NCBI GenBank assembly: GCA_003427395.1
Contig: BFEA01000004.1
Coordinates: 6,861,526-6,925,525 of the forward strand
Length of the DNA stretch: 64,000 nt
Direction of reading: 5' to 3'
Source: Chara braunii
Lineage: Eukaryota; Plantae; Charophyceae
Shown: in pieces, positions 1 to 11,556 of the stretch
Layout of the letters: each line of letters opens with the position of its first letter
How positions within the stretch are numbered: position 1 is the stretch's first letter
Made by a program: the position numbers and the translations under genes
The notes under the pieces: model-generated
The model's database searches: none
What the model was told of the DNA's origin: nothing
Seen by the model: the letters and a program-made list of their open reading frames with translations, nothing else

Positions 1-230
1 CTACCCTATAAGGTAGGATACCCGTCCAATCCAAGGGTCGGCTACCAGCTGGTTGAGTGGCCTGTAGGTACCATATCAAATTGTCACTCGGTAGATATTG
101 GGATCAAATCCGAACATGTCACTGGGCGAGCTTCTTTTTGTGAGAAGCAGCCCGGTGTCAATTCGCGATGCGAATAATCTCGCTCGTGGGATCGACGAGA
201 CCATACGACCAAGATTGGTCACACAATGCC

Positions 231-294
231 AAGATTAGCATGGCCCCGCCGCAAGGATGACACACATAAATCGAGAATGGTCCAATTTTTTTTT
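231..294 (+). pseudogene. U6: U6 snRNA 3' half (AAGATTAGC to 3' end) followed by T10; 5' half replaced by unrelated hairpin-rich sequence
   Basis: AAGATTAGCATGGCCCCGCCGCAAGGATGACACACATAAATCGAGAATGGTCCAATTTTTTTTTT matches the plant U6 3' half; no ACAGAG box upstream. Confidence 0.85.
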
Positions 295-330
295 GAAGTT
301 TCATTCGAACTCAGGTTTGTACTACAACAA

Positions 331-1070
331 TTAACCACCACTCCCCCCGTCGACCTAAATAGCACAGGTTCAAGAGGGCTACCGGTAGCACATTAGGGAG
401 ACAAAAATTGAGAATGCATCGAATTGGCGCTGCGATTTATCTCGTAGCGTAAATGATCTTTTCTATTCTTATTAATATATATTTTTTTAAAAAACGCAAC
501 CAAATCTACTGACCCTCAAATTTGTAGATTTGTTGACACATTCTTTTAATCGTGAAAAATCATTGAAGTTGAGGTACTTTTTTCGTTGACCCACACGTGG
601 TAGAGCGACACAAATGGAAAATGAGATAAATTGGCGCGACATTTATTTCATGATCTAACTGATTTTTATTTTTTTTTCCTGGCAAAAACACAACCAAATT
701 CACAAGTCCTGCAAATTTAAGATTTTATGAATCATTTTTCCAGCGCAAAAAAAACGTAGAAGTTGGGGTACGTTTCCCTGTGGCCTTCACATGGTAGAGT
801 GGCAAAAAATGGGCAATATTAGGAATCTACACGACATTTATTTCACGGTCCAATTGTTTCTATTTATTTATTTTCTGATTTTTTATGTGAGAGATCAAAA
901 TCTAATTTACAAGATCTCAATATTTCATATTTTTTTGTTAATTCTTATTAGCGTGAAAAATCACCAAAGTTGGCGCTTGAAAATTGCGGAATTGGGCTCC
1001 CACGCACCTGCTAGTCGCCACCCCCCCTAAGAACCCGGTCTGTAAGGCCATGAAGGCCGAATTTAGGATG
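331..1070. mobile_element. AT-rich non-autonomous DNA-transposon-like repeat with ~190 bp internal subrepeats
   Basis: Inverted copy at ~11010-11556 (AAAGTTGGCGCTTGAAATTGCGG vs CCGCAATTTTCAAGCGCCAACTTT) and partial direct copy at ~13900-14170; begins TTAACC. Confidence 0.55.
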
Positions 1071-1148
1071 GCGAGGGAAGTGGTGGTTTAATGGGTGCAC
1101 CCTCGTGAGGCATGGAAACTGAAACAACCATTGGTCTAATGCCAACGG

Positions 1149-1205
<57 letters not shown>

Positions 1206-1207
1206 AA

Positions 1208-1275
<68 letters not shown>

Positions 1276-2425
1276 GGGGTGTGCAAAATTGCGAGTACCC
1301 CTACNNNNNNNNNNCCCTTTCTTTTCTCTTTAGTCTCGCCTGCCTTTCCCATTTTGGCAATGGAGGAGGCGCCATTTCCATAGGAACGGTCGCCTCTCCC
1401 CTACCCCTCACATGCACAAAAGGCAAAAATCATGGCGGTGTATCTTTCCATGTTCTAACAGGAGATTCACTCCCCTTTTGACCATGTGAGGTAGTGGAGT
1501 AGAGCCGACAACTGTTGGCGCCTGGATTCGGACTTTGATCTGCATTTCAACAGTTTGGGGATGTGCCAGTAGGGCGGTCGTTGAGGTAGGTCTGTTTTCT
1601 TTTCTTTTATTTATTTTTTTATATTTATTTGTCTTTCTAGTCCCCCCCTCCTCTTTGCCGCATGGCCCTTGACGCTCTGAAAGTAGGCAAATAGGGAGGG
1701 AATTTTAAGGTGAAGGATAGACATGCAGGGAAAAGAAAGAAATAATGGGGGGGGGGGGGAAGGCAAAAAAAAAGGAAAAAGGAAAAAACAAGGCAATTGT
1801 GCCTCGTTGCTAGGAAACAACCACTTTGGTTGTGTGGGAGCATAACAGGTCCCATCTCTTTGCGGCGCTAATATTTTCAGTCACGGGATCATAAATCTCG
1901 TGGCTCATATTGCGCGCATGGGAGAGAGGGAGTAAAAGAGGTTGTGAGAGAGAGAGCGATCACGGGGATAATTGGGAGGAGGAATGACTACTCCTCCCAA
2001 CCTGCCAACTGCCCTCCCCGTCTTTAGGGGAGGGCAGAGGAAATAAAGTATGTGCTGTTGATTTTAACAACATGTTTCTAACATGAATCGGAATCAGGGA
2101 CGGTGCATTTTAGGTTTTTTTTTTTTTTTTTTTTTTTTGCAACATCCTTGCGAGGACACTTAAGGTGCAACCTCTGGCATAAACTGCCACATGCAACTGT
2201 CAGGCTCTCGTTTTTAAAGTGAGCCTGAAAATAAAAGTGCACACAAAGAAAAAGGCTAAGTACAACCTTTCCCTCAATATATTTGCCCTGGGAAAATGGG
2301 CCAGATACGTCAAACTGAAAGGGGTTATATATTTTCAGCCCCTTATCAAAAAATTAAACGGATTGTAGATTTGAAAATCGCAAAAACTCAAAACTATCTC
2401 GTGAAATTCTAAGATAGTTAAAGTG

Positions 2426-2457
<32 letters not shown>

Positions 2458-3144
2458 GCAGTTAAGGAAACTGCCCCACTAAGGTTGTGACTGTCGTGCG
2501 ACCAGAAGTAGCCTTTGATCTTGGGCAGATCAACGGCTCACTTTGAGCCCACAATTTTATTTGGGGGTTGGAGTAGTGGTCAACACTCCTCAACCACTAA
2601 AAAAGAGGCAGTTGCCCTTAGTTGCCATACAGAAACACTCATGCTGCAAGTGTGTGACAACACACTTGAGTGTTGGTGGGCTGCTGGAGGAGTTGTCGGA
2701 GGCGGTGTTGAAAGTTTGCAGAGGTGGGTTGGAGTAGGAGCACAGCGGCCATAGCTGAGGCAGGGAACACTTTGTTCCACCCGTAGGCTAGTGCGGACCC
2801 TCTAGGAAGGATTTTGGGAATGCGTTGCTGCATCAAGACTGTGCGGCGGGGACTATACTTTGGACGTAGATTTTATCCAAGTCCAAAGTTTTATTAATCT
2901 GACGACATGGTCGACACAACTTTTCTCGACGTAGTGTTGAAGTGACCACGCGCCAGGTTGTACCCCGTTTAGTGGGGTTTTGTTGTCGAATTCTCGGTTG
3001 GTCGGCGGTATTAAATCCTGGAGCGGAGGAGCTGCCGTTTTCACGGAAGGATGACGCTAACACTTTTCGATCGAAAAATGTTGTCCGTTTGGCGATAGAG
3101 AGCAAACTATTTGTGGGGACTTGCTGTTGGTTTGACGATGCAGT

Positions 3145-4370
3145 ATTGACAGTTTTGAGCAAGGGATCATAGTGGTACCAACTATAAGTGCATGTTTGAG
3201 ACTTGGTTCCAAGAGTGGTGTTCAACTACGCTGCGCGACATTATCTTTTTGAGGCGTGTGGCAGGGTGCAACCGACAGTCTTGGAGCATGCTTGGTAATG
3301 AGTGTGGTGGATTGTGTTGTGTGACGCTTGTGAATGAGCTAGGACGGTCATGCCATACTATTCATTTTTTTGATGACCGTGCAATGCAGTGCGCGGGCCA
3401 ACAAGACTGGTTGGGGCATAAGGGAGGGGCAAAGTGGTGATTGGGAGCATGTGACGCTGCCGAGCTCATCGGCTCCCACCTCTTCGCAAAAGCGAGAGTC
3501 CTCCCGACCATATCACGGAGGAGTAAAACATAGTAACAAAATAGAGACAACTTAGGACGATGCATGGATACACCCCGCGAGCCGCCAACACGGACGCAGT
3601 TGCATCGCTCCTTCGGCGGTCTGGGCGGGTGCGCCAACAATACTTCTCGCGGTCCCCTACGACATGATAGGTTCTCGCAGGGCACAACTCGCCTTCCCTA
3701 AGGGGTTATCACCATCCTTATGGGTGTATCCCTACCGAGTTTCAGACCCACATGCGAAAACTTTTGCATGCAATTGCAGAGGTAGGTCGGCCGAGGGCAT
3801 TTACTCGTTCGCTGCAGTATAGGCACGCTTGGTTAAACGCCAAAGTAAACCCGATCGTTGCATAGGTACGGGCGCGCGGGCCAGAGAGCCCTGTTGATCT
3901 TGACTCTCGTTCGACTTTGTGAAATGACTTAGAGGGGGAAGGTGCCCGTTCGTTTTCAACGACGAACTACCCCTGCCGTAAAACGAGAGGCAGAGAGAAA
4001 ATAAACGGAAAAGGAAGGGGGGAGCAGAAAATAAAAACGGCCACGTATATGGCCGAGGTAATGACTAGGTGAGAGTGTGAATGTGTGTGATGTGAGCGGG
4101 GCTGAGTCTTTTCTTTTTTTTAACAGGCTCAACAATGGTTGGGTACAACCATTGCCTGAAGCATGTCGCCTGACGGGTAGGCCAGATGCTTCAGGGGTTG
4201 AAAGATTTTGCTTCCCTAGGGGAACATCACAAATATTGAACTTTAACTGTGAATTCAGATTTAGGGCCCCGCCCAACTCTGTTTTGTTTACTATGGGCCA
4301 AGTGGTTGCCCAGTGTCCTTCAATTGGCTATAAGAGTCAACTCTCCACCCAACAACCTCACAATTATGGG
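3145..4370 (+). repeat. ~1.2 kb repeat, left arm of an inverted pair with 6472-7678
   Basis: Colinear reverse-complement similarity, e.g. TTGACAGTTTTGAGCAAGGGATCAT (~3146) vs ATGATCCCTTGCTCAAAACTGTCAA (~7653); partial direct re-copies at 4365-4860. Confidence 0.8.
3889..3935 (+). pseudogene. Short LSU (25S/28S) rRNA-derived fragment embedded in the repeat
   Basis: CCCTGTTGATCTTGACTCTCGTTCGACTTTGTGAAATGACTTAGAGG resembles conserved LSU CCCTGTTGAGCTTGACTCTAGTCCGACTTTGTGAAATGACTTGAGAGG (recalled); second copy on the minus strand at 6905-6951. Confidence 0.7.
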
Positions 4371-6471
4371 GTTTTGCTGTTAAATTCTCGGCAGGTCGGT
4401 CATATTGAATCATGGAGGGGAGGAGCTGTCGTTTTCACGGAAGGATGGCGCTAACACTTTTCGATGGACAAATGTTGTCAGTTTGGCGATAGAGAGCAAA
4501 CTATTTGTGGGGACGCGAGAGTCCTCCCGACCATGTCACGCTTGAGTTAAAAAAAAAAAAAATGAGAGACAACTTTGGGAGGACGCAAAGGTAATCCCGT
4601 GAACCGCAGAGACGAACGTGGTCGCATCGTCCCTTCGCCTATCTAGTCGGGTGCGCCTATCGTACCTCTCGCGGTCCCCTACGATATGATAGGTTTCTGC
4701 GGGGCACAACTTACCTTCCCTAAGGGGTTGTCACCACCATCAAGGTCCCTATTGAGCTATTGACCCACGTGTGGAAACTTTTAAATGCAATTGCAGAGGC
4801 AGGTTAGCCGAGAGCGTTTACTCATTCGCTGTAGTATAGACACGCTTTGTTAAAGCACCTATTGAACCCAAACATTGTTCGTCCCTAAGGACGCTGATCT
4901 TCTGAGTATGAAACACACTCCGATCGACTAGGACGGTCTCAAGAAAGTGTGAACCCCACAAGTTTCTTACTCCCTTCAATATATAATAATAATAAAAAGA
5001 AAATTGTTGTGGTCAAATATGAGTTGAATCAATAACTAAAAGAAATCGAACACCACATGATAGAACCAAAAATGCAAGTTCGAAATTAAAAAACCCGATT
5101 ACCTCGGGTTGAGCTCGATAATTAAAAAAAATCATACCGAGCCGCCAACGGGCAACTGACTTCGATAATAACCTCGATGCGGCTGACAAGGTAGTCAGAC
5201 TGCCTCAGTTTTGACTTTATGTGATGTGCTGCCAGAGTCATTCATTCCACCCTACCACTTAACTAAGATTAGGCACGCACACACCCGAATTCATACGTTT
5301 TAGTCATTTTTTGATGACAAGGTGTTTTGCGGATGATGCTTGATCAGGTACATTACTCGAAGAGTTGTATGTTTCATCCTTTAGGAAGTGGTATGGGGTA
5401 CTCCTTCTCCTCGTCCGAGTATATGACTCAGATCTTGGAAGTCAGACCGTCTTCACCGAATTGGCAAAGTACCCCCCTGTAGAATGGTTCACTCTCGATC
5501 GATGACATGACCAACTTTTGAGGCAACGAACCACTGCCCCGTATGCTTCCTAGAAAGAGAGAATATGTCCACCGGGATAAATTTTAATTGTTCTCATTTT
5601 CCCTAAGCTCAAGGTAGAGAATGAGAACCAATTGGACAGGTATAAACAAATGAGTTCATTAGAGATTAGAGAGAAATATCCACCCGTCGGATCCCCACTC
5701 TACCTTTTCTACTTGAATCTTCAAAGACAAGTAGGGTTGAACAAAATGTGGGCTCAGGTGTGAAGCGGAAGCGAGTCACCAGCTGACCTTGAGTGAAGGA
5801 GTGTCGAATGCGTCGTGACTCACTCAAGAAAGCCAAGTATAAAAGTAAATGGCACCGAACAAAATCGCAGCCCCAATACAAATCCCGGTCAATCAATGAC
5901 CTCAATTCATCCCCAACTCGCCCGTCCTACACGTGGCAGTTATAAGTGTGAAGACAGCGAACCACACACGTTCCAAAAACGTTTTTAAGTCCCTGAGGAC
6001 TTGAACTCAGGTCTCCGTCACTGTGTTGGTGGTTGCAAAAACACGCGACCAGAGATGCAACTGTTGATATAAGCCAACGAGAGAATGTCGAGCGCATCGG
6101 CTCCCGCCGCTTTACAAAAGCGAGAGGCCCCCCCCTTACAACGCCTAGCAGTCCCCGCGCTGATAGTCCGACAACATCTCCCCCATTGCGCAAAAAAACA
6201 AAATGTCGTCGGATCGTAGTTTCGGCAGCACGTTCCCTCAAGAAGGCATTGACGTCAACATGACAGCCCAACAACACCTTCCCTTAGGAAGGCCTTGCGG
6301 TCGACGTGACCGCACACCACCACTAAGACTATGACTGCCGGCTATGGCTGTCGGCTATCTAGTTCTACCGTCTCCTTTCTAGCAGACCTGCAGCTCTCCA
6401 CCAGCAGTACCTCCTCTCATCTTGCAACAACCAACCAACATTCACATAAGTGAACATCCCAGCAACACTGC

Positions 6472-7678
6472 CACAACTGTGAGGCTGCTGGGTGGAGAGC
6501 TGACTTTTATAGCCAACTGAAGGACACTGGGCAACCACTTCGCCATAGTTAAAAAAACGGAGTTGGGCTGGACCATTCATCTGAATTCACAATTAAGGGT
6601 CAATATTTTTTATGTTCGCTTAGGGAACCAAAACCTTCCAATCTCTGAAGCATCTGGCCTACCCGTTCGTCCTCATGCTTCAGCCAATGGTTGTACCCAA
6701 CCATTGCTGAGCCTGTTAAAAAAATGAACAGACTCAGCCGCACTCACATCACACACATTCACACTCTCAGCTAGTCGTTACCACGACCACATATGTAGCC
6801 GTTTTTATTTTCTATCCGCCCCTTTCCTTTTCTTTTTATTTTCTCTCTGCCCCTCGTTTTACTGCACGGGTAGTTCGCCGTTCGAAACGAATGGGCACCT
6901 TCCCCACCTTAGTCATTTCACAGAGTCGAATATGAGTCAAGCTCAACAGGGCTCTCTGCCCCGTGCGCCTGTACCTAGGTGACGATCGGGTTCACTTTGG
7001 CGTTTAACTAAGTGTGCCTATACTATAGCGAACGAGTAAACGCCCTCGACCGAGTTATCTTTGCAATTGCATGCAATAGTTTTCGCATGTGGGTCAGTAG
7101 CTCGGTAGGGATACGGTGACAGCCTGTTAAGGAAGGCGAGTTGTGCCCCGCGAGAACCTATCCTTTCGTAGGGGACCGTGGGAAGTATTGTTGGCGCACC
7201 CGACCAGAGCGGCGAAGGAGCGATGCAACCTCGTTCGTCTTGACGGCTCACGTGAGTATCTATGCATCGTCCCAGTACTCTCTATTTTGTTATGTTTTAC
7301 TCATGCGTGACATGGTCAGGAGGGCTCTCGTTTTTGTGAAGAGGCGGGAACCGATATGCTCAACAACATCACATGCTCCCAATCACCACTTCGCTCCTCC
7401 CCCATGTCCCAACCGGTCTTGCTGGCCCGACCGCTACATCGCGCGATCCTCAAAAAAATAAATAGCCTTACATGACTCTCCTAACTCATTCACAAGCGTC
7501 ACACAACACAATCCACCACACACATTACCAAGTATGCTCCAAGACCGTCAACCGCACCCTGCCGCACACCTCAAAAAAATAATGTCGAGCAGCATAGTTG
7601 AACACCACTCTTGGAACCAAGTCCCAAACATGCACTTATAGTTGGTACCACCATGATCCCTTGCTCAAAACTGTCAAT
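6472..7678 (-). repeat. ~1.2 kb repeat, right arm of an inverted pair with 3145-4370
   Basis: Reverse complement of 3145-4370 along its length, with scattered substitutions. Confidence 0.8.
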
Positions 7679-7762
7679 GCAAAAAGGTGGAAGTCGATGT
7701 GCTCGATATCTTATCTAAGTCAACAACCACATCTACCGTGATAACACAACGCTAATTTCTTT

Positions 7763-7792
<30 letters not shown>

Positions 7793-7796
<4 letters not shown>

Positions 7797-8301
7797 TCAC
7801 AAATAGAACTGCCCGGTAAACCGTAGGCAAAGAGATAGAAGAGGACAACAAGCGAGGGGTTGTGACAAACTGTTTCGTCCGAGTTTCACCGACTCATCAG
7901 GAGGCTGAACCCTCAACAGTCTGCAAAATCCCCTCACTGATTACACTGTAAATAATAATCTACCTTAACCAAAATCAAAGTAGACTATCACTCACCCACA
8001 CCAGATGGAAAACTCTGCAGACTCTCGATTCACACCCCATCACAAGCTAGCAAAACATCGGCAAAACAAAGAAAAAAACGTCACAGCCAAACGAGGGGCT
8101 GTCACAATATATATATACATATATACACAAGCTAGCAAATAATCTACCTAGTAACGGCCCCGACCACTGCCGCTCGACCTGACCAGAAAAAACCGTAGCA
8201 GAAAGTTAGCGAAGTCGTAGCATATATCGTCACAAACATAACTGCCCGGTAAACCGTAGGCAGAGAGAGAGAAGAGGACAACAAACGAGGGGCTGTCACA
8301 A
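7793..8301 (-). mobile_element. Hammerhead-bearing short retroelement (retrozyme or Penelope-like) with partial tandem repeats in (TA)n
   Basis: A 76 bp unit (ATCGTCACAAA...GAGGGG(T/C)TGT(G/C)ACAA) occurs at 7793-7868 and 8226-8301, and its end recurs at 8090-8107; bounded by (TA)n; contains the hammerhead. Confidence 0.6.
7866..7923 (-). ncRNA. Type III hammerhead ribozyme
   Basis: Minus strand reads CAGACUGU-U-GAGG GUUCAG CCUC-CUGAUGA-GUC GGUGAAACUCG GAC-GAA-ACAGUUUG: full core, 8 bp stem III, 4 bp stem I, at least 3 bp stem II, GUU triplet. Confidence 0.8.
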
Positions 8302-8321
8302 TATATATATACATATATATA

Positions 8322-9043
8322 CAGGGTAACCGGCATTCGGGACGGGCCGAACACCCGAACCCGAACGCCCAAACGTATGGGACCCCTTAGGGATGCGTTC
8401 GGCCGTTCGGGCCAAACGCGGACAAAAAAAAAAACCTAAAAAAAAGATATGTTATGAAAAACAATAAATTAAACAAGATTTGACTCAGCATTACATCCAA
8501 ATTCCTTACCAAATTTGAAATAAAAATAAAATACGAAGAAAAAATACAAAAAAATAAAAAAAATAAAAAATAAATTTATTGAGTGTGCGAGCACTTTTAC
8601 GACACCGCCATCTCTGGCAATTTTTTATTTTTTTTGGGCATAGCTAAATGCCCTGAAAATTTAAAAATGTGTACTTCACATCATGCAAAACCCACCAAAA
8701 AAGTTTCAAAAAATAATAAAGTGTTAAGACCCCAAACTAAAGTGAAAAAAAAAAGTAAAAAGTGAAAAAAAACGTGGGCGAGAACTTTTTGACACCGCCA
8801 TCCTTGGCGATTTTTTATTCCTATTTGGCTAAGCAAAATAACTTGAAACTTTATAGGCAGGTTCCTCACGTCATAGAGAACTCACAAAAAATAATTCAGA
8901 AAAAAAACAATTATGTTTAAGCCCCGAAATAATTTTTGGCGGGGGCCGAACGCCGCCGGTTTCGGACCCCGTACGGAACCCCTAACGCCCATACGTACGA
9001 AGGTCGGCCCGGGGACCTCCGTACCTACGGGCTGGTGACCCTG
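8322..9043. mobile_element. Non-autonomous TIR DNA transposon inserted in (TA)n, copy 1
   Basis: Termini CAGGGTAACCGGC ... GCTGGTGACCCTG flanked by TA repeats; colinear with 9143-9889. Confidence 0.75.
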
Positions 9044-9142
9044 TATATATATATATATATATATATACATAATATATATACATAATATATATATATTATA
9101 TATTATATATATCGTCACGAACATAATATATATATACATATA

Positions 9143-9886
9143 CATGGTAACCGGCGTTCAGGATGGGCCGAGTGCCCGAGCCCGAACGCCCGAACGTATG
9201 GGACCCCTTCGGGATGCGTTCGATCGTTCAGGCAGAACGCGGACCAAAAAAAAAAAAAAAAAAAAAAAAAAACTTCATCAAAAAAATCTGAAAAATAAAA
9301 ATGTTATGGAAAAAAATAAATTAAACAAGATTTGTCTGAGCATTACATCCGAAATCCTTACCAAATTTGAAATAAAAATAAAATACCGAGAACGAATACT
9401 AATAATAAAAAGAAAAAGAAAATTAAATTTAGTAAGTGCGATACCATGTTTTCGACACCACCATTTTTGGTTTTTTTTTTTTTTTTTTTATAAATGCCCT
9501 GAAATTTTACAGATGTGTTTTTCACATAATACAAAACCCACTAAAAAAGTTTCAAAAACTAATAAAATTGTTTAGACCCCGAACTAAAGTAAAAACAAAA
9601 AGTAAGAAGTGAAAAAAAACATGTGCGAGCTCATTTTGACACCGCCATCTTTGGCGATTTTTAATTCTTTTTTGGTTGTTCCAAATAACTTATAAATTTA
9701 TAGGCATGTATCTCCTGTCATAGAGAACGCACAAAAAAAACTTCAGAAACACAATCGCATTTTTAGGCCCCAAAATAATTTTTGGCGGGGCCTGAATGTC
9801 GTCGGGTTCAAACCCCGTATGGGACCCCCAACACCCGTACGTATGGAGGTTTGCCCGGGGACCTCTGTCCGTACGGGCTAATGACC

Positions 9887-9889
<3 letters not shown>
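9143..9889. mobile_element. Non-autonomous TIR DNA transposon inserted in (TA)n, copy 2
   Basis: Termini CATGGTAACCGGC ... GCTAATGACCCTG; direct copy of 8322-9043. Confidence 0.75.
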
Positions 9890-9926
<37 letters not shown>

Positions 9927-10539
9927 CATTTTTATAGTCAAACCGATTATAATTAACGAAGCGATGACACCAATTTTCCTTTAATCATGATGTATGATCT
10001 TACAACTCTAGATTAACTCTAAAAGTTTTTCCAAAGTCTCGAGTAATGATGTGAGACCCAATTTTCTTCGTGACATTCGTTAAAATTTGACCAATAAGTA
10101 AATCAGCAAAACCCCTGGGCAAGGATGACAAAGAAAAAAAAGGAAGAAAAAAAAATTGAACAATATAGAGCCACCACTATCTCAAAGCCTCTTTTATCAA
10201 AGCGAATAAAACTTTGTGCCAAGTTTTTTTTTTAATGAAAGTTTTCCTTATTATTATCAAGAATAAACTCGAGGTCGGGAATTCCCCAACATCTAAACTC
10301 GATGTCGGAGCAATTTCCCTTACAAAGGTATTTGCTTATATTATACTTAAGCTCATGAAGGGGTGACCTTGATACTGAGGAAGAAAGCGTCGATGCACTT
10401 CTGGCCTTCACTTGCCCTTTAAGGTCAACTTGCGTAAAAAATAACAACCATCTGGCAAGTGCGAGCGATGACTCTATAAAACATTAGAATCATTAGTATT
10501 AAAAAATATATCTTTCAACTGCGAAGGTTGAAAGGGCAG

Positions 10540-11556
10540 ACAAAATTAATTAATAAGTTTCATTGTCAAAACTATGACATGCATATTAATTACATAATTA
10601 ATATGCTAAAATGGTTTCAACCTCGACGACGTGGTTAAATTAATATAAGCCTCGACCTTATAGCCAGGGCGATAAAGGGGGTAAGGCATCATGCATCCTG
10701 TCGTGATGACCCCTCCAAGTCAAAGCACTGACAAGATCGATCCATTGAGTGGGCCACGCCAGCCGAAAGGGCAGTCAAAATTAATTAGTAGGACCCATCA
10801 TGAGAACGATGGTGCGTGTATTAATTAAATAACTAATATGCCAACACGGTTAGAGTCTCAACGATATGAATAAATTAATATAAGCCTCGACCTTATAGCC
10901 AAGGCGATTAAGGGGGTAAGGCATCATGCTTGCCACGATATAAAAATATAACCCCTCCTAGTCAAAGGATTGACAAGGTCGGCCCATTGAGGGTGCCACA
11001 TGCCTGCCGGCCTAAATTCAGTCTTCCTGACCTTACGGACCAAGTTTTTAAAGAGGCGGCGACTGCGCGGTGTATGCCGGTCCAATCCCGCAATTTTCAA
11101 GCGCCAACTTTGATGAATTTTTGCGATTCAAAAAATTAATGAAAATTTTAAAAAATTTGAGATTAGGCTATAATCTATCCAGGAATAATATCAAAAAATA
11201 AAAAAAGATTTAAACGGCGAAAAAAAGTGTCATGGCGATTCATTTCATGTTCCATCTTTATCGCTCCACCATGTGTGGGCCAACGGGAAAAGTACCTCAA
11301 CTTCAACGATTTTTCACGATAAATAAAAATATCAAAAAATCAAAAAATGAAAGAGCACGTAAATTTGGCAACGATCTTTCTATTAAAAAAAAAAATAAAA
11401 AAAATCCTTTAGGCCACGAGACAAATCGCATTGGCTATTCGATGCATCTTCCATTTTTGCCACTCCCCCAGTTCACCCCACGGTACTACGTGTAGCCCTC
11501 TTAAACCTATGGTACCGGTTTCCAAACATTTAGGTTGGCCGGGCAACAATAGTTAA
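10540..11556. mobile_element. DNA-transposon-like repeat: ~245 bp tandem units followed by an inverted copy of 331-1070
   Basis: TAATATAAGCCTCGACCTTATAGCCA repeated at ~10641 and ~10876; 11010-11556 is reverse-complementary to 331-1070 and ends GTTAA. Confidence 0.5.

Noticed and set aside
1152-1314. A~50 then G~65 homopolymers and the poly-Pro/poly-Phe ORF
   Set aside because: Adjacent to an N gap; likely an assembly or sequencing artefact, and the ORF is only homopolymer translation.
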